A stretch of DNA of 64,000 nt from Candidatus Latescibacterota bacterium. GTDB lineage: Bacteria; Latescibacterota; UBA2968; SICM01. Shown piece after piece: positions 29,413 to 39,508 of this stretch (within the stretch, counting starts at the first letter, position 1; the number at the start of each line of letters is the position of its first letter). The translations under genes and the position numbers were made by a program. Under the pieces are notes generated by a model that was not told the origin of the DNA, did no database searches, and saw nothing but the letters and a program-made list of their open reading frames with translations. The DNA lies in NCBI GenBank assembly GCA_965217865.1, contig CBDCJO010000002.1:4512001-4576000 (forward strand), written 5' to 3'.

Positions 29413-30938
29413 CAGCCTGTTGAAAAAGTGCATTTATGCCAAGATGACTGTTGTCTTTCCTTGTGGTTTGGTCCTATGATATATCAGGTTCAAACTGAGA
29501 AGGGAGGACGAGCAAATGGCAATGGGAAAACGAGGACGACAGAGACAGGAAAACCTGTTCATCGCATCGAACACTTTGGTGAAATCTCCGGGTCATCCGT
29601 TCTACGAGAAGCTGAATCAGGTATTGGGGGCGAACGGCTTCGACGAGTTCGTCGAGGGGCTTTGCCAGCGGTATTACGCTCCTCATATGGGTCGCAAGGG
29701 CATTCCGCCCGGGGTTTATTTTCGGATGCTTTTGATTGGGTATTTCGAGGGACTTGATTCGGAACGTGGGATCGAATGGCGTGTATCTGACTCGCTGACG
29801 TTGCGCCGGTTTTTGGGGTATGCCCTTGACGAACAGACCCCGGATCATTCCAGCCTGTCTCGCATCCGGCATCGGCTTCCCTTGGAAGTTCACGAAGCGG
29901 TTTTCAAGTGGATCCTGAGGGTCTTGTGCAAAGCGGGTCTGGTGAAGGGGAAGACGTTGGGCGTGGATGCTACGACACTGGAGGCCAACGCCGCGATGCG
30001 CAGCATTGTACGCCGTGACACGGGTGAAGGCTACCAGGCATTCCTTGAGAATCTGGCCAAGGCCTCGGGCATTGAAACGCCTACCCGCGAGGACTTGTCC
30101 AAGATCGATAAGAAGCGACCGAAGAAGGGATCGAACCAGGACTGGGAGCACCCGCACGACCCGGATGCCAAGATCGCTAAGATGAAGGACGGTCGCACGC
30201 ACATGGCGCACAAGGTGGAGCACGCGGTGGATCTGGACACCAATGCCATTGTGGCAGTGGCGTTGTCGGGAGCAGATGAAGGAGATACCGAGTCGTTGCC
30301 CTGGACGCTGCTCGAGGCGCCGCTCAATCTCAAGCAGGTCGCGAAGGACGAAAAAGCTGCCAAACGTTTGCACAGACAGCGTATACGGGAGGTGGTTGCG
30401 GACAAAGGATATCATAGCAACGATGTATTGACCAGTCTGAAGCAAGGCGGCATCCGGAGTTACATTTCAGAACCGGATCGGGGACGCCGCAAGTGGAACG
30501 GCCGACGAGATGAGCAGGCCGCGGTATATGCGAATCGACGCCGGATCAAGGGAGATCGCGGCAAGGCCTTGCGCCGAAGTCGTGCAGAACGGGTGGAAAG
30601 AACCATCGCTCACACATATGATACCGGTGGCATGCGCAGGTTGCACTTGAGAGACCGCGGCAATATCCTCAAGCGTTTGCTGATCCACATCGGGGGCTGC
30701 AACCTGGCTCTGCTCATGCGCAAAGTGATGGGCGTAGGTACTCCGAAGGCCCTCCAGGACCTGGCCAAGGCCTTGCAGCGTCTACTGCTCGTCCTACAAT
30801 CACGTTTGCTGCCCTCGGTCACCTTTTTAACCTCTTATCAGCGTCTCCTGCTCAATCTCCTTACCTTGATTTATCTGACCCGCACTCCAGGCGTCTTTTC
30901 CGTTTATGTGCGTTGAAAGGTAGTTCTTCAACGGGCTG
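29413..30938 (+). mobile_element. Insertion sequence (IS5/IS1182-like)
   Basis: Terminal IRs cagcctgttgaaaaa (29413-29427) and ttcttcaacgggctg (30924-30938); TTAG target duplication at 29409-29412 and 30939-30942. Confidence 0.9.
29516..30916 (+). CDS. DDE transposase (DUF772-like N-domain)
   Basis: GRKGIPP, PDHSSLSR, VDATTLEANA, VADKGY, RAERVER. Confidence 0.92.
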   Translation: MAMGKRGRQRQENLFIASNTLVKSPGHPFYEKLNQVLGANGFDEFVEGLCQRYYAPHMGRKGIPPGVYFRMLLIGYFEGLDSERGIEWRVSDSLTLRRFLGYALDEQTPDHSSLSRIRHRLPLEVHEAVFKWILRVLCKAGLVKGKTLGVDATTLEANAAMRSIVRRDTGEGYQAFLENLAKASGIETPTREDLSKIDKKRPKKGSNQDWEHPHDPDAKIAKMKDGRTHMAHKVEHAVDLDTNAIVAVALSGADEGDTESLPWTLLEAPLNLKQVAKDEKAAKRLHRQRIREVVADKGYHSNDVLTSLKQGGIRSYISEPDRGRRKWNGRRDEQAAVYANRRRIKGDRGKALRRSRAERVERTIAHTYDTGGMRRLHLRDRGNILKRLLIHIGGCNLALLMRKVMGVGTPKALQDLAKALQRLLLVLQSRLLPSVTFLTSYQRLLLNLLTLIYLTRTPGVFSVYVR

Positions 30939-31352
30939 TTAGGGATGAAAAACTGTGGAACCGAAAAAATACTTCTGAACCAGGAAACCGAACCGGAATC
31001 CTCCCTCATAAGGTTGAACAACTGTGGCGTTGGTCGTCCGAAACTTTAGATTGGGTCGTCTATTGTCCCGGAAAAGGAGACGTGGCAATGGAGCCACTTT
31101 TTCTCACATTTACTTCTAAATCGGTTTTTGCCTTAAATAAAGGCTGTGACAGTGATTACCATCCTTAAAAAATATAATGCAGGAGTGTCTGATCCACAAC
31201 TCAAATTGGGTCGTCAAAATTGGTTCGGAAGAAGGCTTCCCACCAAAGACGGTTTCTGTTGGGCTTGATTTATAACCTATGATTTGCTATCTTTACTGAA
31301 GGGAATTGTAGATCATTACAGTATTGAGCTCAAAATAGCAGGGATTTAAACC

Positions 31353-31481
31353 GTGATCAAAGGCCGCCGGATATTTCGTATTTTCTCGATTTCAATCACA
31401 GTCGACACAAACGGATTCGTGCGTTCTAATCCGAATCCAAATCGAGATAATTCCGGCACCCAACGGCGGGATCGTTTATGA
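31353..31481 (+). CDS. Asn-rich leader peptide 1 (aspS attenuator)
   Basis: GTG 31353 (or 31419): ..GFVRSNPNPNRDNSGTQRRDRL*; AGGGA upstream. Confidence 0.7.
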   Translation: MIKGRRIFRIFSISITVDTNGFVRSNPNPNRDNSGTQRRDRL

Positions 31482-31512
31482 CCTTGAGTCGATAGGTTTC
31501 TTCTAAATCCCA

Positions 31513-31550
31513 ACCCGCCGTTGAGTTCTCAACAGCGGGTTTTGTTTTTG
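31513..31550 (+). terminator. Attenuator terminator 1
   Basis: acccgccgttga-gttc-tcaacagcgggt plus T-run; 5' arm is complementary to 31461-31470 in the leader. Confidence 0.85.
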
Positions 31551-31581
31551 TAAACACCGATATAGAAAGAGTAAAACAGCG

Positions 31582-31716
31582 ATGATCAACAACCTTACAA
31601 GTATCAGCCAAGTCATAATAATGAAGCCCACCGGTTTCAGTGCCCGCCTGAATCCCAATCCTAATTCGAACTTCGATAATTGTGCCATTCGGCGGCGGGC
31701 AGGACCGTGGTTCTGA
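31582..31716 (+). CDS. Asn-rich leader peptide 2 (aspS attenuator)
   Basis: MINNLTSISQVIIMKPTGFSARLNPNPNSNFDNCAIRRRAGPWF*. Confidence 0.72.
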   Translation: MINNLTSISQVIIMKPTGFSARLNPNPNSNFDNCAIRRRAGPWF

Positions 31717-31742
31717 TCAAATCAAAACTTGAGTCCGAATCC

Positions 31743-31782
31743 AGCCCGTCGTTGTTCCGAGCAACGGCGGGCTTTTTGTTTT
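31743..31782 (+). terminator. Attenuator terminator 2
   Basis: agcccgtcgttg..caacggcgggct plus T-run; 5' arm pairs with 31690-31700. Confidence 0.85.
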
Positions 31783-31804
31783 CCACAGATAGGAGGATAA
31801 AACC

Positions 31805-33118
31805 ATGAAACGCACTTTGATCTCTGAACTTCCCGGTAAAACCGGACACGCGGTTACCGTTATGGGATGGGTACATACCATCCGAGACCAGAAACGTATG
31901 GTCTTTCTCATCGTAAGGGACCATACGGGCTGCGTCCAGACGGTGCTTGAGAAGGCGCAAAACCCGGAGCTGGCGGAATCCCTTGCTGGCCTGACCCGCG
32001 AGTCCGTTGTCAGTCTTTCGGGAGAGGTGAGTAAAAATCCGCAGGTCAGGCTCGGCGGTATCGAGATCCGGCTGAGCCATCTCCGGATTGAGAACCTGGC
32101 AGCGTCCCCTCTGCCGATAGATCCTTTTTCATCTTCGCTACCTGGACAGGATCTGCGGCTCGACTGGCGACATCTGGATCTGCGCCGTCCCGAGAATCAG
32201 CACTTCTTCCGAATTCAGACTTCCCTCGAGCAGGCGATGCGTGAATTCTGGGCTACGGAGGGTTTCATTGAGATCCATACACCCAAACTGATGGGCAGCC
32301 CAAGTGAGTCCGGAGCCGAGCTCTTCGAGCTTGCGTATTTCGAAAATCGGGCCTATCTGGCTCAATCGCCCCAGTTCTATAAGCAGATGGCCATCGCGGC
32401 CGGCCTGAACCGGGTCTTTGAGATCGGCCCTGTCTTTCGGGCGGACCCGTCTTTCACCTCACGGCACACAACGGAATTCACGAGCGTTGACGTGGAGATC
32501 GGCTGGATCGAGTCTCACGAGGAGGTGATGGCCTTTGAGGAGCGGTGGTTGTCATATGTCATCGAAGTTCTCCAGGAAAAACACGGAAAGGAGGTCCGCG
32601 ATTTATTTGGCAGGGAGGTTATCGTCCCGGTCGTGCCTTTTCCCCGTATCAGTATGGAAGAGGCGACTCAACTCTTAAGCCGTGAGGGTTATGATGGTTC
32701 GCCGACCGGCGATCTGGACCCGCATGGTGAGCGATTCCTGGGTGAATACTTTCGCCGCGAGCACGGCCACGAATTTGTATTCGTCACGGACTATCCAGCG
32801 GAAGTGCGTCCATTCTATCATATGCGGCACGAGACGGAGCCGAGGCTCACCCGAAGCTACGATCTTCTCTGGATGGGCCTTGAGATAACCACCGGTGCTC
32901 AGCGGGAACACCGTCTGAATCCGTTGATCGCTCAGGCAAGGGAGAAGGGTTTGGGCACGGAGGCCATTCAGTTCTACCTGGATTTTTTCAAATATGGATG
33001 TCCGCCTCACGGGGGCTTCGGGCTGGGCCTGGCGCGGCTCTTAATGATCCTGCTGGACCGTCCCAATATCCGGGAGACGACGTTTCTGCCCCGTACACCC
33101 AACAGGCTTCATCCGTAG
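31805..33118 (+). CDS. aspS: Aspartate--tRNA(Asp/Asn) ligase, short non-discriminating type
   Basis: GWVH..RD OB fold, LAQSPQFYKQM, FRAD..SRH..EF, GAQREH, PPHGGFGLGLAR; 437 aa with no GAD insertion. Confidence 0.9.
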   Translation: MKRTLISELPGKTGHAVTVMGWVHTIRDQKRMVFLIVRDHTGCVQTVLEKAQNPELAESLAGLTRESVVSLSGEVSKNPQVRLGGIEIRLSHLRIENLAASPLPIDPFSSSLPGQDLRLDWRHLDLRRPENQHFFRIQTSLEQAMREFWATEGFIEIHTPKLMGSPSESGAELFELAYFENRAYLAQSPQFYKQMAIAAGLNRVFEIGPVFRADPSFTSRHTTEFTSVDVEIGWIESHEEVMAFEERWLSYVIEVLQEKHGKEVRDLFGREVIVPVVPFPRISMEEATQLLSREGYDGSPTGDLDPHGERFLGEYFRREHGHEFVFVTDYPAEVRPFYHMRHETEPRLTRSYDLLWMGLEITTGAQREHRLNPLIAQAREKGLGTEAIQFYLDFFKYGCPPHGGFGLGLARLLMILLDRPNIRETTFLPRTPNRLHP

Positions 33119-33269
33119 TATTTCTACGGCGCACCGGACACTGGTGATAGCTATAAAATTGGATGATCTAAGTGAATGGTCAACTCGGGGTCTTATTGCT
33201 TGACATTGCATGAGGCGTTTTTGATATATTAGTCAGCCCACTTCGATTTTAGGATGAGGCCGGGCAAAT

Positions 33270-34496
33270 GTGCCTGCTAAAGGTGTGATGTCAGAAGACG
33301 AAAAAAGCCTTCCTATGTCCGAGACGAAAAACACGACAACCGATGTTGATCGGCTCCAGCAGCGAAACCGGGAGCTTTCGATCCTGAACACGATTGCCAA
33401 AGCGCTCAACCAATCCGTGGACTTGGACCAGGCTCTGAGCGCGACCCTTTCGGAGGTGGCTGAACTGCTGGACCTGGAAACCGGGTGGATCTGGCTGCTG
33501 CACGAAGCGTCCGATGAGTCCTACCTGGCGGCGTCACAAAACCTCCCCCCTGCGCTTGCGGACAACCCTCACCTGATGGAAGGACGGTGCTACTGCCTGG
33601 ACACCTTTCGAAACGGGGACATGAAGGGCGCTGCGAACGTCAATGTGGTGACATGCAGCCGGCTCCAGAACCTGGTGGAAGGCACCGACGGGCTCCGCTA
33701 CCACGCCAGCATCCCGTTGTATGCGCAAAAAAAGAAGATGGGTGTGCTCAACGTGGCCAGCAGGACATGGCGGAAACTCTCTTCTGAGGATCTCCAGCTG
33801 TTGAATACCATCGGGGATCTGCTTAGCATTGCGGTTGAACGGGCGCGGCTGTTCGATCAGAGCGTCCAGTCCGGGGCCGCTGATGAACGCTACCGGCTCG
33901 CCCGTGAACTCCACGACACCCTTGGGCAGGGTCTCGCCGCAACGCTTTTGAAACTGGAAACCGTGGATGCCCTTTTAGAAGGGGGGTCCGATCCGGACGA
34001 GATCCACAAAGGAATACGCCAGACGATGGAACTGACACGCTCCAACCTGGAGGAAGCGCGCCGCTCCGTGCTCGACCTTCGGGCGGCCTCTCTGGAGGGC
34101 CGTACGCTGGCCGAGGCGTTCGCCTCTCTGGCGGAAGAGGTGTCGAAGAAAGGGGATATCGATATCGGTTTCGAGGCGACGGGGGGAAGCCGTCCCCTTC
34201 CCGTTCGGTTCGAATCGGGGCTTTATCGGATCGCCCAAGAGGCTTTGAACAATGTCGTCCAACACGCAGGCGCCAGTCGTGCTTCGCTTCGGCTTGTCAC
34301 CGCGCCGGAAAGGGTAAGGCTCTTTGTTGAGGACGACGGATGCGGCTTCGATCCGTCCGGGATTTCCGGTGACGGCCACGGGTTGATCGGTATGAACGAG
34401 AGGGTAAAGCTGCTGGGGGGCAGGATACGTCTCGACAGTCGTCCCGGGAAGGGCACGCACATCGAAGTGGCTGTTGCACTGGAGGGTGGACCTTGA
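33270..34496 (+). CDS. GAF-domain sensor histidine kinase (HisKA_3)
   Basis: ERYRLARELHD, QEALNNVVQHA, DDGCGF, GLIGMNER. Confidence 0.92.
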   Translation: MPAKGVMSEDEKSLPMSETKNTTTDVDRLQQRNRELSILNTIAKALNQSVDLDQALSATLSEVAELLDLETGWIWLLHEASDESYLAASQNLPPALADNPHLMEGRCYCLDTFRNGDMKGAANVNVVTCSRLQNLVEGTDGLRYHASIPLYAQKKKMGVLNVASRTWRKLSSEDLQLLNTIGDLLSIAVERARLFDQSVQSGAADERYRLARELHDTLGQGLAATLLKLETVDALLEGGSDPDEIHKGIRQTMELTRSNLEEARRSVLDLRAASLEGRTLAEAFASLAEEVSKKGDIDIGFEATGGSRPLPVRFESGLYRIAQEALNNVVQHAGASRASLRLVTAPERVRLFVEDDGCGFDPSGISGDGHGLIGMNERVKLLGGRIRLDSRPGKGTHIEVAVALEGGP

Positions 34497-35128
34497 GCGA
34501 AGAGAAAATACGCATTCTGGTCGCGGACGATCACCCGGTTGTACGCGAAGGTCTCATCGCTATTCTCGGGACGCAGCCGGATTTCGACGTGGTCGGCCAG
34601 GCGGGGGATGGAGAGGTGGTAATGGGGCAGGTCGCTTCGCTCCGGCCGGACATCCTGCTGCTCGATCTTGAGATGCCGGGGGTCGACGGTGTGGAGACGC
34701 TTCGACGCCTGAGGGCGTCCGACGCAGAGGTTCGTGCTATTGTCTTTACGGTCTTCGACACCGATGAGCGGATTCTGAGTGCTGTCAAGGCAGGGGCGCG
34801 GGGCTACCTGCTCAAGGGCGCTCCGCGTGAGGAGATCTTCAACGCCTTGCGTGTGGTCCATCAGGGGGGCTCGCTCCTCCAGCCGATCGTGGCCTCAAAA
34901 CTGATGGATCACATCGACAGAGGCGAGCCCGACGCCCTTACCCCGCGCGAGCTTGAAGTGCTGGGTCTGATTGCCCGGGGGCTCCTGAACAAGGAGATTG
35001 CGGACAAGCTATCGATCACCGAGCGAACCGTAAAGTTCCACGTGAGTTCGGTTCTGGCCAAGCTGGACGCCGGAAACCGCACGGAGGCCGTTTCAGTGGC
35101 TGTAAAAAAAGGACTTATTCAAAGGTAA
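34493..35128 (+). CDS. NarL/LuxR family response regulator
   Basis: ADDHPVVREG, LLDLEMP, LTPRELEVL, TVKFHV. Confidence 0.95.
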   Translation: MSEEKIRILVADDHPVVREGLIAILGTQPDFDVVGQAGDGEVVMGQVASLRPDILLLDLEMPGVDGVETLRRLRASDAEVRAIVFTVFDTDERILSAVKAGARGYLLKGAPREEIFNALRVVHQGGSLLQPIVASKLMDHIDRGEPDALTPRELEVLGLIARGLLNKEIADKLSITERTVKFHVSSVLAKLDAGNRTEAVSVAVKKGLIQR

Positions 35129-35318
35129 TTCGGAACAACCCGGCCGATAGGACAGGTCCATACCTGGCCCTTTTTATAGGACGATGTCTGACCCTCCGTA
35201 CGATGCGGGGGGCTTTTTTTATCGGTATATTTGAATTGAAAATTAATGGGGATGTGGCAAAGAGACGGTATGCCATCTAGAGGACGATCGTTGGTCAGTA
35301 TATTTAAAGGAGGACGTT

Positions 35319-35720
35319 ATGAGCGGCCAGGTAGAACACGCAAATATCAAGGTTCGGGACATCGATGAGACGGTGAACTTTCTAACAACTGCCCTGCCGA
35401 ACTTCAAGGTTCGGGGGGGCAGTGATGAGCCTTCCAAGAAATGGGTTCACATCGGAACGGAATCGACTTACTTAGCCCTGAATGAAGACGGAAGAGGCAC
35501 ACAGAAGCAGGGGCCCGGTCTAAACCACGTTGGCTTCGTCGTGGATGATACGGATGCTGTTCGGGAAAGATTGGAAAAGGCGGGATTTAAGGAGGGCTAT
35601 GTGCCGGAAACCCATCCCCACAGGAGACGCGTCTACTACCTGGATGGCAGTGGTACAGAATGGGAATTCGTACAATACTTCTCAAACGATCCGGCTGAAC
35701 GCAACGATTATACGAGGTAG
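35319..35720 (+). CDS. VOC/glyoxalase family protein
   Basis: EHANIKVRD, LNHVGFVVDD, EWEFVQY. Confidence 0.85.
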   Translation: MSGQVEHANIKVRDIDETVNFLTTALPNFKVRGGSDEPSKKWVHIGTESTYLALNEDGRGTQKQGPGLNHVGFVVDDTDAVRERLEKAGFKEGYVPETHPHRRRVYYLDGSGTEWEFVQYFSNDPAERNDYTR

Positions 35721-35902
35721 GTTGGATATTTCGATCCAACCAATTGCAGCCCCCGTTTAATGATTGTATTGCTTTTGTTCCTTAGAACTGGCACCTATGT
35801 GTTCCACCTTCGTCGATTCATCCTGCTGAGGGGTAGATTTTGAATACATTCCGAATTTGAAGCGGTTGAGTTTTCAGTCCCAATGAGTAGGGAGGCAAAA
35901 TC

Positions 35903-37345
35903 ATGCCGAACCAGCCAACAGATAGTGTCCGGTTCAGGCCAGATATCGAGCCATATGTCCAGCTTATGGAAAGGACACCAAGAGAGGCCTGTGTGCCGAC
36001 GGTGGTCGAGCAGCTACGACGTGGATTGACTTACCGGCAGTTCTTGGAAGCACTCATGCTGGCGGGTATCCGAAAAAGCAATTCAGGCCACGAAGTATAT
36101 CTGGTCCACGCGGCTCACCAAATGAGTCTGGATGCACGGCACGAAGACCGACTACTGCCTTTGTTTTGGGCTCTGGATTCCTTCAAGCGACAACAGGAAG
36201 CACTCCCGGCTCCACCCATCTCTTCCCTGAAGGGGAACCTACCGCCTCAGGAAAAGGCGCCAAGAGAGTTTCACGATGCCATTCGTCAATTTGACAGAGA
36301 GCGATCCGAGCTGGCAATCATTGCACTGGCAAGGAGCAGAGGTCCGGAGCACGCCATACAACACTTATGGCATTACGGAGCCCGTGATTGGGACAGCATC
36401 GGTCACCATGCAATAGCTCTAGCTAACTGCTTCCGGACTCTTCAGGCGATCAATTGGAAGCACGCAGAGCCGGTATTACGCTTCGTGATTCGCCATCTGG
36501 TAGGTAGACCAGAAAACCAATCCTACTACCCAAATGTATCACGCGCAAAAAGGGGATTCGAGAAGCTTGAACACGCATGGGACCATGCTGGATCAGCTCC
36601 CGAGGCCACGCTGGAACTCTTTGCTGTGATGCGAGAAGGAGAAGTAGATGAAGCCTGCGAATTAGCCAGCGGGTTGTTGATCGGCAATAGGGCCACTGCT
36701 GGTGCCATATGGGATGCGGTCCATCTCACGGCAGGCGATTTGATGGTACGCTTCAATGACGAAAGTCGGCTTTGTACTCGCCCTCTGCACGCAAATACTT
36801 CGGCAAACGCTCTCCACTATTCCTTTCGTAACAGCAATGATGATGAAACCCGTCTGTTGATTCTGCTGCAAGCTGTCGGATGGATAGCAGAGTTCACCAG
36901 AGTTGAGAAGTTTAGAGGGAATTTGAGGGATCTCAACATCACACAGCTTCCCAGTGTCGAGACTCCACAATCTCAAGAGGCCGCCGTCGAAGAGATATTT
37001 GCTCTCTTATCATCAGATGCGAAATTTCCGAAAGGCAGTGAAATGGGTGGAAACCCAGCCAACCGGGCGGGACAAGATAAAGCCATGCCAAAAGCTTTGA
37101 CATTATCTCAAAGGCACCCAAATCCGCAGATCTTCTTTGAAGAAGCAAGGCGACTGCTATTTAGGAAGGCAACATACAATGCACACAACTATAAGTTTCC
37201 TGCTGCAATCTTTGAAGACTACGAATTGGTGAATCCAAAGTGGAGGCCCCATATTCTGGCCACATCTGTAAATTGGCTTTACGGCTGTCAAAGTCCGTAT
37301 TCGCCTGTTTATCTGCAGGTGAGTGATTCCCTCAATGAATTGTGA
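35903..37345 (+). CDS. Hypothetical helical protein with repeated His motifs
   Basis: 480-aa ORF with RBS; HEVYLVH, GHHAIALAN, LHANTSAN, AHNYKF. Confidence 0.65.
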   Translation: MPNQPTDSVRFRPDIEPYVQLMERTPREACVPTVVEQLRRGLTYRQFLEALMLAGIRKSNSGHEVYLVHAAHQMSLDARHEDRLLPLFWALDSFKRQQEALPAPPISSLKGNLPPQEKAPREFHDAIRQFDRERSELAIIALARSRGPEHAIQHLWHYGARDWDSIGHHAIALANCFRTLQAINWKHAEPVLRFVIRHLVGRPENQSYYPNVSRAKRGFEKLEHAWDHAGSAPEATLELFAVMREGEVDEACELASGLLIGNRATAGAIWDAVHLTAGDLMVRFNDESRLCTRPLHANTSANALHYSFRNSNDDETRLLILLQAVGWIAEFTRVEKFRGNLRDLNITQLPSVETPQSQEAAVEEIFALLSSDAKFPKGSEMGGNPANRAGQDKAMPKALTLSQRHPNPQIFFEEARRLLFRKATYNAHNYKFPAAIFEDYELVNPKWRPHILATSVNWLYGCQSPYSPVYLQVSDSLNEL

Positions 37346-37389
37346 GAGGTCAAGGACTCCTATCCCAGGCCTCAATCTCTCGAATATCC

Positions 37390-39309
37390 CTACCCCCGAC
37401 CAATCCCCTCCGCTTTTATCCATTTTTCCACAATTTCCACAATATCCGGATCTTCCTTGACCCCCTCGAATTCCTTGAAATCCTCAAAATAGGCCCGGCA
37501 TTGTCCGCTCGTGACGAACTCTCCCGAGATGCTGCCTAACCGCTCCTTTGCCTCCTTTACACGGTCCAAAGCGAATAAAGATGCGGCGTTGCGGAGGGGC
37601 GCACTGAAGTAGACGTAGTCGATAAGTACGTCGCCCTGACCGTATTGAATCACGGACTCAAAGTATTGGACGGCCTTCCGGTAACGGCCTGTACGGTATG
37701 CGGCTTCCCCGGCATGGGCAAAGGACATCGTGAGGTGCCACCTTTCGTCTTTTGCTTCACGCTGCAAATCTTGATCGTCGGGATTTTCCTTTGTCCGGCG
37801 ATCTAATTTCTGCCAGTGGCCTTGGTGCTTTCCAAGCGCCCAATCCAGTTCATCGAAGGTAGACGATGGATCCAAACCGCCTTCGTGTTCCGCTCTGGCC
37901 ACAACTGAAGCCAGCATGTCGCAGATGTTCGACCAGCGCGCTTTCTCTCCTGTTAGTCCTTTGTGGAAGGGTCCGAAATCGAAGAGTTGTGGATCCTCCT
38001 CTGGAATTGCCTTTAGCCATTCCACAAATCCACAGCCTTCCCTGGCGGCTTTTTCCCACTGCTTCATCTCCAAAAAGATCCGGGAACGAACCTGATGGTA
38101 CAACCTCCTTCCATAGATGGACCAGTTGTCTCCGACGGCCTTCCCCAACTCTTCGATCTGTGACAGGGCTTCTTCAGCAGAACCTATTCGGGGATAGGCA
38201 ATTGTAATGGCGACTGAACACCACAGATGGAGTTTTTCTTGAGGATCCAAATCCTGAGGAAGAAGCGTCCGAGCACGGCGGTGGCACCTGACGACAGCCT
38301 CCAGGTCGTTGGCCCGATAATATCGATCGGTTGCTCTCCTGAGATATGCTATACTTTGTTCCTCGTCGCTTATCCCGTCCGCTGCTTTTTCTAGAAGCTC
38401 CCCGGCTTCGCGAAAGCGTCCAAATCTGGCGTAGAGGCCATCGAGTGTCCATACGAGCCGGTAGTCATTTCCTTCAAGCTGGTAGGCTCTTTCGAGCTCC
38501 CCAAAGGTATCTTTCAACAGGTTTCGGTCCCCGAATTCGGGATCCATCCGCATCAGCTCTCCAACTTCGCTGCTCAAAGCCAGGGCAAGCCCCCGCTGAG
38601 CCTCTGCGTGTCCGGGGTCGGCCTCTACGACTTTGCGAAATTCGTTTTTCGCCGCGGGAAATTTCCCCTCCTCCAGCAGTAGTTTTCCTCTATCAAGCGT
38701 CTTTTTAAAGACTTCCTCCGTAAAATTCTCAGGAAGCTTATAATCGCCAAGGGTCCCGTTCACCATTTTGACCATCCCCTCTTTCAACCGGGTACGGGCC
38801 CGGTAGAGTCTCTGGTTCACACTCTGGGCAGAAATTTCAAGGAATGAAGCGATTTGCTTCAAGGACATCGATTTCAAGTAGAACAGGACAACAACCTGTT
38901 GTTGTGGCCCGGTCAGATGGGCGATCGCATTCAGGACCTGTTGCCGGGTTTCTCGGGAATCCATCTCGCTCTCAGGACTGCTCGAAGAAGAGACGAGCAT
39001 TTCCTCGCGAACCTCATCCAGAGGCGCCGAACGGCTCTGTCGGCGCATCCACATCTTGCATTCGTTGATCGCGATTCGTCGCAGCCACGGTCCGAAGCGG
39101 TCCGCGCGAGGGAGGTCCTGGATCCTCAAGAATGAGGTGATGAAGGCCTCCTGTGCGGCATCTTCGGCAGCGTCGAAGTCCCGGGTATAGGCAGCGCAGA
39201 GCCCGAAGACCGCGTAGCGATATCGGTTTATGAGCTGCTCAAAGGCGCCGATGTCGACAAGGAGGAAGGCCTCAACGAGTTGTCCATCCGTTTTTTTGGG
39301 ATTTTTCAT
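37390..39309 (-). CDS. ECF sigma-70 factor with a long TPR-like C-terminal extension
   Basis: AEDAAQEAF, FGPWLRRIAIN, VNQRLYRAR, then helical repeats; ATG 39309 chosen. Confidence 0.85.
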   Translation of the reverse strand: MKNPKKTDGQLVEAFLLVDIGAFEQLINRYRYAVFGLCAAYTRDFDAAEDAAQEAFITSFLRIQDLPRADRFGPWLRRIAINECKMWMRRQSRSAPLDEVREEMLVSSSSSPESEMDSRETRQQVLNAIAHLTGPQQQVVVLFYLKSMSLKQIASFLEISAQSVNQRLYRARTRLKEGMVKMVNGTLGDYKLPENFTEEVFKKTLDRGKLLLEEGKFPAAKNEFRKVVEADPGHAEAQRGLALALSSEVGELMRMDPEFGDRNLLKDTFGELERAYQLEGNDYRLVWTLDGLYARFGRFREAGELLEKAADGISDEEQSIAYLRRATDRYYRANDLEAVVRCHRRARTLLPQDLDPQEKLHLWCSVAITIAYPRIGSAEEALSQIEELGKAVGDNWSIYGRRLYHQVRSRIFLEMKQWEKAAREGCGFVEWLKAIPEEDPQLFDFGPFHKGLTGEKARWSNICDMLASVVARAEHEGGLDPSSTFDELDWALGKHQGHWQKLDRRTKENPDDQDLQREAKDERWHLTMSFAHAGEAAYRTGRYRKAVQYFESVIQYGQGDVLIDYVYFSAPLRNAASLFALDRVKEAKERLGSISGEFVTSGQCRAYFEDFKEFEGVKEDPDIVEIVEKWIKAEGIGRG

Positions 39310-39430
39310 GAGTGCACTCAAATCATTAATGCACGAGGGATGCAAAATATAACGCTGAAGTGGAAATATTTTAGGGAAAGGCGAATCTGTATCATTTTTT
39401 CCTTGCAAATTCCTAAGAAATTAATTACAT

Positions 39431-39446
39431 TACTAATTAATTAGTA
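39431..39446. promoter_or_regulatory. Putative BlaI-type operator
   Basis: Perfect palindrome tactaattaattagta upstream of the BlaI-like gene. Confidence 0.6.
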
Positions 39447-39508
39447 GATAGGCCTGTGATAAAGTCTTTCGGAAACATCCAGGTCCATTAACCGGAGAAT
39501 CTCCGCAT

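Noticed and set aside
29474-30445. Long antisense ORFs (also 49462-50418, 5112-5840, and alternative-frame 43536-44357)
   Set aside because: Shadow frames of well-supported genes in GC-rich DNA.
31353-31804. T-box riboswitch upstream of aspS or the MetRS-like gene
   Set aside because: No UGGNACC T-box bulge or stem I motifs seen; a uORF plus antiterminator explains the structure.
35140-35222. ATAGGAC direct repeats as a response-regulator site
   Set aside because: Two short copies only; too weak to call without comparative data.
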